This document shows, in pieces, positions 1 to 6,074 of a stretch of DNA of 64,000 bases. The position numbers were made by a program, and so were the translations under genes. The notes under the pieces were generated by a model. The model had not been told where the DNA came from, searched no databases, and saw nothing but the letters and a program-made list of their open reading frames with translations. The stretch covers positions 514,293-578,292 of the IMG/VR virus record IMGVR_UViG_3300046660_000488. One strand, 5' to 3'. Numbering within the stretch: position 1 is the stretch's first letter; each line of letters begins with the position of its first letter.

Positions 1-2
1 GC

Positions 3-845
3 AATGGCCAAAAGGCATCGACCGGCAATAACAACACTGGGTGGTACGGCGCTTTCGGCGTTGGTGTCCAATGGCGTGCGGCGGACGGGGGAGGCTACAG
101 CAACGTGACCTCCGGATCATTTGCTCCGTGCTACCCGAACTATGTCGTGTGGGCTTCGGACAACGTCCGTTTCCTTTGCTACGGCGGCCAAGGAGTTACG
201 CGGGGAGCAAGCGATTTGAACCCAGCACCGACGTATTATGGAAGTTTCTGGGGACAGCTTTCGGATGCTGGCGCCCTATTCTGCCAGACACCGACCGCGA
301 ACATCGCTTTCACAAAGGCGGAATGGTTCGGAAACGACGTCGTCATTTTCAACGGCACGGCGCCGAAGGCCGTGACCTATGGCTCGATCACGCCTCGAAA
401 TCTGACTATTCTCGGGGATACACCGACGATCCCAACCAGTGCGACGATCACCAAGCTATCTGAGACACGCTTCCTCGCCAGCTTCGTCAACTATCAGAAC
501 TACGCCATCGTCACCGATTTCACCTACGACGGCGTGGCCAACACACTGACCGGCCGCATCGTGACCAACACGCTGATGGGCAATACGGTCAACAACGGCA
601 ATACCCGCATTGTCGTGCCTCACATGCTAGATGACGACCGCTTGCAACTCTATTACTTCGACGGTGTCCGCCAATTCCAGCACCGGTACGTCAAGTCGGG
701 AACAGGCCCGTTCATCAAGTCGTTGAACGACTTCGCCTTCCCTCCTTTCTCGGCCGCCGCAACTTTTACATCGCACAGCAGTGGCAACGCGCTGCACGTA
801 TTCGGTTCGGGTGGTAACGTGGCACTATATAACACCTCGATTTAA
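3..845 (+). CDS. 5'-truncated virion/tail-associated protein (C-terminal part)
   Basis: Frame of the 105..845 ORF is open back to position 3; rich in T/N/G/S with a beta-type composition. Confidence 0.55.
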   Translation, partial: NGQKASTGNNNTGWYGAFGVGVQWRAADGGGYSNVTSGSFAPCYPNYVVWASDNVRFLCYGGQGVTRGASDLNPAPTYYGSFWGQLSDAGALFCQTPTANIAFTKAEWFGNDVVIFNGTAPKAVTYGSITPRNLTILGDTPTIPTSATITKLSETRFLASFVNYQNYAIVTDFTYDGVANTLTGRIVTNTLMGNTVNNGNTRIVVPHMLDDDRLQLYYFDGVRQFQHRYVKSGTGPFIKSLNDFAFPPFSAAATFTSHSSGNALHVFGSGGNVALYNTSI

Positions 846-850
846 TTCAA

Positions 851-885
851 GAATTTTGGTGAACGAAATAATTTCACCAAAATTC
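851..885. repeat. 13-bp inverted repeat
   Basis: GAATTTTGGTGAA (851-863) / TTCACCAAAATTC (873-885), 9-nt loop, just after the stop codon. Confidence 0.75.
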
Positions 886-895
886 GCTTTTCTTG

Positions 896-926
896 TTGAC
901 CGGAAAATTCGTTTCCGGCATAAATA
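896..926 (+). promoter_or_regulatory. Promoter for leader/tRNA operon (TTGACC-N17-CATAAA overlapping a TAAATA box)
   Basis: TTGACC at 896-901, TAAATA at 921-926, upstream of SD GGAGA (991-995). Confidence 0.5.
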
Positions 927-1005
927 GAAATATCAGGGGTGCACAACGCACCTCGGAAACCAATTCGCCCCTCGGGGCTTTCACCATCTAGGAGACTGAA
1001 TTTCA

Positions 1006-1146
1006 ATGTTCGCCGTGGCCACCCACATCCCAGCAAATTTCGTCGTCGGCGCCTTCGCCGTCGCGATGCCTGCTGTCGTGGCCCCGATGAATCAAATTCA
1101 GCCCACCGTCGCCGCCCAGTTTGGGCACGGAGGTTTGCACTCGTGA
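1006..1146 (+). CDS. Putative attenuator leader peptide, 46 aa (MFAVATHIPANFVVGAFAVAMPAVVAPMNQIQPTVAAQFGHGGLHS)
   Basis: SD GGAGA then ATG at 1006, TGA at 1144-1146; followed by a terminator; absent from the supplied ORF track. Confidence 0.8.
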   Translation: MFAVATHIPANFVVGAFAVAMPAVVAPMNQIQPTVAAQFGHGGLHS

Positions 1147-1184
1147 TCAGAAGCTGAGAAATCAGCATCCAATCAGAGCGAAGC

Positions 1185-1219
1185 AAGCCTCCAAGGGAAA
1201 CCTCGGAGGCTTTTTCTTT
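1185..1219 (+). terminator. Intrinsic terminator (attenuator) upstream of first tRNA
   Basis: AAGCCTCC (1185-1192) / GGAGGCTT (1205-1212) + TTTTTCTTT; alternative partner GGAGGTTT at 1129-1136. Confidence 0.85.
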
Positions 1220-1259
1220 GGCCTCTCTTCAACCTCCAACCGTCCCTCGATTGTTTCGT

Positions 1260-1334
1260 GGTTCATTAGCTCAGCGGTAGAGCAATCGCTTGATAAGCGA
1301 TAGGTCGCTGGTTCGAATCCAGCATGAACTACCA
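1260..1334 (+). tRNA. tRNA-Ile(GAT)
   Basis: Cloverleaf, loop TTGATAA, TTCGAAT T-loop, encoded CCA. Confidence 0.95.
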
Positions 1335-1365
1335 AACAGTCGAGAGACAACCCCGAGTACTTTGT

Positions 1366-1439
1366 TCTTCTATAGCTCAGCCCGGTAGAGCAATCGCTTG
1401 ATAAGCGATAGGCCGTAGGTTCAAATCCTACTGGAAGAA
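1366..1439 (+). tRNA. tRNA-Ile(GAT), no encoded CCA
   Basis: TCTTCTA/TGGAAGA acceptor, loop TTGATAA; acceptor stem extended by flanks. Confidence 0.85.
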
Positions 1440-1457
1440 CAAAGTACTTGGGTCCAC

Positions 1458-1532
1458 GGGCCTGTAGTTCAACGGGAGAACGTCTGCATTACAAGCAGAA
1501 TGTCGGGGGTTCAACTCCCTCCGGGCCTACCA
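1458..1532 (+). tRNA. tRNA-Val(TAC)
   Basis: Cloverleaf, loop ATTACAA, CCA. Confidence 0.9.
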
Positions 1533-1737
1533 AAATACTGCTTGACAACGGTTCAACCGAACTTTAGGCAAGCAACCGCGCTCTTCGGGAAGCTCTCTTT
1601 GCTTACCGGACGGATTCCAAAACCTACCATAGGTGCGGAGTCGTGTAAAGGGGCCGGGGTCTTTGACATCGTTGATTTGCGTAACGAATTGGTCGGGCTT
1701 TACCAGAGCCCGGCCGACTTCGGGGACGTGTGTTTGA

Positions 1738-1809
1738 TGAGGGATAGTTCAGCGGTAGAACGCCTGTCTCTGGAACAGGATGTCGTAGGTTCGATCCCTA
1801 CTCCCTCAT
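1738..1809 (+). tRNA. tRNA-Gln(CTG), no encoded CCA
   Basis: TGAGGGA/TCCCTCA acceptor, loop CTCTGGA; 16-bp flanking extension. Confidence 0.85.
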
Positions 1810-1830
1810 CAAACACACGTCCCCATAGGT

Positions 1831-1906
1831 TCGGGGGTAGTTCAGTTGGTAGAACGGCAGTTTTTGGTACTGCATGTCGAAGGTTCGAGTCCTTCTCCCC
1901 GATCCA
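1831..1906 (+). tRNA. tRNA-Gln(TTG)
   Basis: Cloverleaf, loop TTTTGGT, CCA. Confidence 0.9.
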
Positions 1907-1928
1907 AACACTCAGTATTCATCCTTGT

Positions 1929-2014
1929 TGGGGAATGGTGTAATGGTAACATCCCGGCCTTTGACTCCGGAGACCGAGAAGGATTTGTAGGTTCGAGCCC
2001 TACTTCCCCAGCCA
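1929..2014 (+). tRNA. tRNA-Gln(TTG) with long variable region
   Basis: TGGGGAA/TTCCCCA acceptor, loop CTTTGAC, 16-nt variable region, CCA. Confidence 0.85.
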
Positions 2015-2043
2015 GCATGAATATTGAAGACAATGTACTTTGA

Positions 2044-2120
2044 CGCGGAGTGGAGCAGTCAGGTAGCTCGTTTGGCTCATAACCAAAAGGTCGCGGGATC
2101 GAAGCCCGCCTCCGCATCCA
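2044..2120 (+). tRNA. tRNA-Met(CAT), initiator-like (C1.A72)
   Basis: CGCGGAG/CTCCGCA acceptor, loop CTCATAA, T-loop ATCGAAG, CCA. Confidence 0.9.
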
Positions 2121-2129
2121 AGTACATTG

Positions 2130-2359
2130 AGGCCGCGTAACAAGAGAGTGAAGCAGTGATGCCCCGTCATCTGTACCTGACGGGGAGGCCAGAAACAGAC
2201 CGTGCATACGCCCCACGGTCTCTAAATATGGAACACGGACCCACTGGGGCCGTGCGGGAGCCAGCACGACCCGCCGTGGTCTAAGTCCGTAAGGGGCAGA
2301 AAGCGGCACACCCGGTACTGGCGGGTAACCTATTTGGTCGAATGACCATCACCTTTTTT

Positions 2360-2360
<1 letters not shown>
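2130..2360 (+). ncRNA. Candidate structured RNA of unknown family
   Basis: Dense helices 2162-2169/2178-2185, 2197-2204/2214-2221, 2234-2238/2250-2254, 2269-2275/2320-2326; no convincing ORF. Confidence 0.4.
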
Positions 2361-2437
<77 letters not shown>

Positions 2438-2455
2438 ATTGTCCATGTGCTTCGT

Positions 2456-2532
2456 CTAGGCGTAGCGCAGTCTGGTAGCGCGCCTGCTTTGGGAGCAGGA
2501 TGTCGCAGGTTCGAATCCTGCCGCCTAGACCA
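2456..2532 (+). tRNA. tRNA-Pro(TGG)
   Basis: Cloverleaf, loop TTTGGGA, CCA. Confidence 0.95.
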
Positions 2533-2555
2533 AGCACATGGACTTTCACCTACGG

Positions 2556-2638
2556 CAGTCGGTGAGGATGTAACAGGTTCGATCCCTGACCACAGGCTCT
2601 TGCGAGCGTGTGAGTAAGCCCATCCAAACCGACTACTG
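2556..2638 (+). ncRNA. Candidate Y-RNA-like (permuted tRNA-like) RNA
   Basis: Terminal stem AGTCGGT/ACCGACT + GGATG/CATCC enclosing a T-arm CAGG-TTCGATC-CCTG and a further hairpin; no anticodon arm or CCA. Confidence 0.4.
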
Positions 2639-2639
2639 A

Positions 2640-2727
2640 TCCTCACGACCCAGCTTGGTGACGGGCGCCGACTGTTAATCGGATGACATGGAAATGTGGC
2701 AAGGTTCGAAACCTTGGTGAGGAACCA
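2640..2727 (+). tRNA. tRNA-Asn(GTT) with long variable arm
   Basis: TCCTCAC/GTGAGGA acceptor, loop CTGTTAA, variable hairpin ACAT-GGAA-ATGT, CCA. Confidence 0.85.
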
Positions 2728-2797
2728 TTTCGCAGTTGACTTGCATTTAAGTGCTTGTCATAAATAAGGAACACGAAGGTGCTTCGGCACACTTTGT

Positions 2798-2873
2798 TCT
2801 CTCGTAGCTCAGTTGGTAGAGCGTCTGACTGTTAATCAGAATGTCGTAGGTTCGAGTCCTACCGGGGGAGCCA
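2798..2873 (+). tRNA. tRNA-Asn(GTT)
   Basis: Canonical cloverleaf, G73, CCA. Confidence 0.95.
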
Positions 2874-3011
2874 TTTCTACTACGGTGAGCAAGTAACCGC
2901 CTAACGTCCTTTGGACGAAGGTGCTCCAGCACAAGACGCTGGGCTGACAAAGCACTTGCACAATTCTCTTATCCTGCTTTTCGGTGTTTCGCCAATTTTC
3001 GGGATAACGAT

Positions 3012-3087
<76 letters not shown>

Positions 3088-3151
3088 ATTTTCTAATCTC
3101 GCGCAGGGCGCCGTGATGAACGGATAAGTCCGCTGCACGCCTTTCTTGGAT

Positions 3152-3257
3152 GGGCTGGACGCCTCCTGACATCGACGTCAGGGTAGAGGTACGGAACCTC
3201 GGGCTACGGCGACAGGGTTCGCGACCCTACGCGGTTCGATCCCGCGCCGGTCCACCA
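3152..3257 (+). ncRNA. tRNA-like RNA with alanine acceptor identity and no canonical D/anticodon arms
   Basis: GGGCTGG/CCGGTCC acceptor (G3.U70), A73, CCA, T-arm CGCGG-TTCGATC-CCGCG; 106 nt. Confidence 0.7.
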
Positions 3258-3266
3258 AGCAGTTTT

Positions 3267-3342
3267 GGGGCATTAGCTCATCTGGTAGAGCGCGACAATC
3301 GCAATGTCGAGGTGAGCGGTTCAAGTCCGCTATGCTCCACCA
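3267..3342 (+). tRNA. tRNA-Ala(CGC)
   Basis: Cloverleaf, loop ATCGCAA, G3.U70, CCA. Confidence 0.95.
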
Positions 3343-3343
3343 A

Positions 3344-3646
3344 TCACCGGCCGTTCAGGAATTTCTCCGAGCAGATGTAATCGCAGACGGAGAACACCAC
3401 GGCTTCCGCACCAGACTCGAAGGCGTCGCTGCTGTGATCGCCGGACCACTGGGGCTTCGCGAAACTGCACGACACGCCGTCCTCGTGGACGCCGACGTCG
3501 ATGATGTGGCCTTCGCCTTCGAACTTGGTCAGCGTCTCTTTCGCCCACACCACCGCTTCATAGAGGTCTTCGGTGATCTCGGATGGGACATTCGCATACA
3601 TGGCGAAAATCTGGTCCTTGAGCGCTTGGGGATAGTGGGCGGTCAT
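3344..3646 (-). CDS. Hypothetical protein, antisense within tRNA array
   Basis: 100-aa ORF filling the gap between tRNAs, coding-like composition. Confidence 0.7.
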   Translation of the reverse strand: MTAHYPQALKDQIFAMYANVPSEITEDLYEAVVWAKETLTKFEGEGHIIDVGVHEDGVSCSFAKPQWSGDHSSDAFESGAEAVVFSVCDYICSEKFLNGR

Positions 3647-3709
3647 GACGATCTCGGGTTTGGTTTACCAAATCCTACACACAACACCCGGCGGGTTCAA
3701 CCCCGCTAC

Positions 3710-3785
3710 GGGGCATTAGCTCATCTGGTAGAGCGCCTGTTTTGCAAGCAGGAGGTGTGGGGTTCGAGTCCCCAATGCTCCACCA
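3710..3785 (+). tRNA. tRNA-Ala(TGC)
   Basis: Cloverleaf, loop TTTGCAA, CCA. Confidence 0.95.
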
Positions 3786-3791
3786 AACAAT

Positions 3792-3866
3792 GCGTCTGTA
3801 GCTCAGTGGGAGAGCGCTTCCGTGACATGGAAGAGGCCGACAGTTCAATCCTGTCCAGATGCACCA
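3792..3866 (+). tRNA. tRNA-Val(GAC)
   Basis: Cloverleaf, loop GTGACAT, CCA. Confidence 0.95.
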
Positions 3867-3940
3867 TTTCACTACCCAACCCCGGAGGATAACCAAATGA
3901 CCCCGCTAAACGCAGGAAAGTAAGCAAGAAATTCCGAAAG

Positions 3941-4219
3941 ATGATCGACGTGTACGGGATATTCACCCGAGACATTGAAGAGCATCTTGACTTCAGTGAC
4001 GACATGCTCTTGGAAATGTACCAAGCAGAGTCAGTCGGTGGAGACTGTCATCATCGGAATGGCTTCTACCATGGAAAGAAATTCATGGATGTGAGCGTCA
4101 AGATGTGGCGCGAGGACATGTCGAAAGGCACGTTGTTCCTCTGCGAACTCTACGACGATCCTCTCCTGCCCAACTGGTGGTTGGACAAAATCTTCGGTCG
4201 GTCTGGTCCTCCAGACTGA
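3941..4219 (+). CDS. Hypothetical protein (true start may be the out-of-frame ATG at 3897)
   Basis: 92-aa ORF; frame is open from 3893; strong SD GGAGG precedes ATG 3897. Confidence 0.7.
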   Translation: MIDVYGIFTRDIEEHLDFSDDMLLEMYQAESVGGDCHHRNGFYHGKKFMDVSVKMWREDMSKGTLFLCELYDDPLLPNWWLDKIFGRSGPPD

Positions 4220-4226
4220 CCAACAT

Positions 4227-4303
4227 GTAGCCGTAGCTCAGTCTGGTAGAGCGCCTGCCTGAAAAGCAGGGCGTCGGTGGTTCAAATCCACCCGGTTGCA
4301 CCA
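4227..4303 (+). tRNA. tRNA-Phe(GAA)
   Basis: Cloverleaf, loop CTGAAAA, CCA. Confidence 0.95.
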
Positions 4304-4304
4304 T

Positions 4305-4871
4305 TTACTCCTTCTGGAGTTTCTTTTCTCGCCAGAGGCGGCTGTTGGGGCCATCGCCATTCCACCCGTCAAACAGCCCTTCATCCTGTGCGGCTCGCAT
4401 CATCGGAGCAACACGAATCCACGCTTGGTACGGCATAGTTCCTCGGGTGTGGTTGCATCGAACACACGAGGTGTTGACGTTGTTCTGCAAGTGGCCAAGG
4501 CTATTGTCGATCCGGTCCAGCGTAATGCGGACCTCTGGTGGTTCAACACCGCAATAAAAGCACGGCTTGGCCACGCATTCGGCCACGAATTCGAGCGTGA
4601 GGTCGCAGTCGCGGTTCTTTCGCTTGTCGGTATAGCGGCAGTCTTGCAGCACGTTGCGGGCTACGGTCATGTGATCGTTCTCTCTCCGAGCTTTGCGACG
4701 AACCGCATGGCGACGCTCTTCGGCTTGTTGGAACCCTTCCGGGTTGCTGATGAACTGTTCGCGGCGGCAGGGGCCGCATTTCTTTCGGCGCCGACCGGCG
4801 CTCATGTGGAACGCGCTCTCGGGGCGATCCTCTCCGCAATATTTGCACAACATAGTGCCATTAAGGCACAT
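4305..4871 (-). CDS. HNH (His-Me finger) homing endonuclease-like protein
   Basis: CKYC/CGPC zinc motifs and CFYCG...LDRIDNSLGHLQNNVNTSCVRCN HNH signature. Confidence 0.85.
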   Translation of the reverse strand: MCLNGTMLCKYCGEDRPESAFHMSAGRRRKKCGPCRREQFISNPEGFQQAEERRHAVRRKARRENDHMTVARNVLQDCRYTDKRKNRDCDLTLEFVAECVAKPCFYCGVEPPEVRITLDRIDNSLGHLQNNVNTSCVRCNHTRGTMPYQAWIRVAPMMRAAQDEGLFDGWNGDGPNSRLWREKKLQKE

Positions 4872-4907
4872 CTGGTTTTCCAAATTCAATATTTGGTTAA
4901 CCACTTT

Positions 4908-4984
4908 CAGGGCGTAGCGCAGCATGGTAGCGCACTTGGTCGGGAACCAAGGGGTCGCAGGTTCAAATCCTGCCGTTCTGACCA
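4908..4984 (+). tRNA. tRNA-Pro (loop TCGGGAA; GGG in canonical register)
   Basis: C1-G72, A73, CCA; non-canonical C33/A37. Confidence 0.85.
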
Positions 4985-5003
4985 TTTCGCCTACGGGCAT
5001 TAT

Positions 5004-5080
5004 CTATGTGTAGCTCAGTCTGGTAGAGCGCTGCTTTCGGGAAGCAGAGGCCGCAGGTTCAAATCCTGCCACGTAGACCA
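5004..5080 (+). tRNA. tRNA-Pro(CGG)
   Basis: Cloverleaf, loop TTCGGGA, CCA. Confidence 0.95.
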
Positions 5081-5103
5081 AAACACCGGCCACGAGCCAT
5101 CAT

Positions 5104-5180
5104 CTGAGTGTAACGCAGTCTGGTAGCGTGCCTGTTTCGGTAACAGGAGGTCGCGGGTTCAAATCCTGCCACTCAGACCA
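5104..5180 (+). tRNA. tRNA-Pro(CGG), U37 variant
   Basis: Cloverleaf, loop TTCGGTA, CCA. Confidence 0.9.
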
Positions 5181-5299
5181 ATTTCCTCGAACGAGGATAC
5201 GACTTTGGGAAGCTGACCGTTCCAGTGAGTTCGGCAGGGATGACCACCCGGCAGCTAGGCCTCGTCAGCCCGGCATGTCAGGCTAACCCAATTGACCAC

Positions 5300-5376
5300 G
5301 GTGCTGTAGCTCAGTCTGGTAGAGCAGCGGGCTCATAACTCGCTTGTCGCAGGTTCAAATCCTGCCAGCACCACCA
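5300..5376 (+). tRNA. tRNA(CAT): elongator Met or Ile2
   Basis: Cloverleaf, G1-C72, loop CTCATAA, CCA; Met versus lysidine-Ile cannot be resolved by eye. Confidence 0.9.
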
Positions 5377-5382
5377 ACCTTC

Positions 5383-5457
5383 GGGTGATTAGCTCAGTGG
5401 TAGAGCGCTGCTTTCACACGGCAGAGGTCACTGGTTCAAGCCCAGTATCACCCACCA
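5383..5457 (+). tRNA. tRNA-Val(CAC)
   Basis: Cloverleaf, loop TTCACAC, CCA. Confidence 0.95.
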
Positions 5458-5485
5458 AGAAAAAGGGGCCGAAGCCCCCTGATCC
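5458..5485 (-). terminator. Terminator-like hairpin for the minus-strand gene
   Basis: AAAAAGGGG-CCGAAG-CCCC immediately beyond the stop at 5486. Confidence 0.5.
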
Positions 5486-5728
5486 TTACTCTTCGACGTA
5501 CTGGATTTCTCGCCAAAAATCTCCGGTCGGCGTCACGGTAAAACCACCGGTGTTGGAGACGATCCTGACGTAATGTTCTGCCAGTTCGAGCACGGCCGTT
5601 TCGAGATAGCGGCCGTCGTCTTCGGTGGTGGACGTCAGAACGACCGTGCCGGTCGTGTTGAGCGGATCGAGCGCACCGGCGCGAACGGTGTCGAGCAACG
5701 CTTCGAAGTATACGTCGTAAGTAGCCAT
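5486..5728 (-). CDS. Hypothetical protein
   Basis: MATYDVYF start with SD AAGGA upstream. Confidence 0.7.
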   Translation of the reverse strand: MATYDVYFEALLDTVRAGALDPLNTTGTVVLTSTTEDDGRYLETAVLELAEHYVRIVSNTGGFTVTPTGDFWREIQYVEE

Positions 5729-5803
5729 GAAATGTGTCCTTGAAATGGGTTTAGTATCCAGCCACAAGGATAGCACTGGCCGCTTATTATAAGCAAAATA
5801 TAC

Positions 5804-5879
5804 GCCGCCTTAGCTCAGTTGGTAGAGCGCGTCCTTGGTAAGGACGAGGCCACGGGTTCAAGTCCCGTAGGTGGCTCCA
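5804..5879 (+). tRNA. tRNA-Thr(GGT)
   Basis: Cloverleaf, loop TTGGTAA, CCA. Confidence 0.95.
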
Positions 5880-5893
5880 TTTTCCCTCCTGAT

Positions 5894-5968
5894 GCCGGGG
5901 TAGCTCAGGGGTAGAGCAGCGGGCTGAAAATCCGCGTGTCGGAGGTTCGAATCCTCTCCCCGGCACCA
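5894..5968 (+). tRNA. tRNA-Phe(GAA)
   Basis: Cloverleaf, loop CTGAAAA, CCA. Confidence 0.95.
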
Positions 5969-5969
5969 T

Positions 5970-6044
5970 GGTCGCGTAGCTCAGCGGGAGAGCGTCCCCT
6001 TGACGTGGGGAAGGTCGCAGGTTCAATCCCTGCCGCGACTACCA
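5970..6044 (+). tRNA. tRNA-Val(GAC)
   Basis: Cloverleaf, loop TTGACGT, CCA. Confidence 0.95.
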
Positions 6045-6074
6045 TTTTTCTCAACCAGAAAGGAACCGACTCCC

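Noticed and set aside
1533-1720. Spacer with short hairpins and a TTGACA
   Set aside because: Pairings are short and the -10 match is poor; not enough to call an RNA or a promoter.
3088-3257. Complete or two-piece tmRNA
   Set aside because: No tag reading frame, resume codon or pseudoknot region found, and the order is not the permuted alphaproteobacterial layout; kept only as a tRNA-like-domain candidate.
5004-5180. Exact 100-bp spacing of two tRNA-Pro genes
   Set aside because: A single interval, explained by tRNA length plus a 23-nt spacer.
5936-6074. GTG at 5936 as the start of the PheRS-like ORF
   Set aside because: It lies inside tRNA-Phe and would translate through tRNA-Val; there is no SD, and the recognisable protein starts near 6080.
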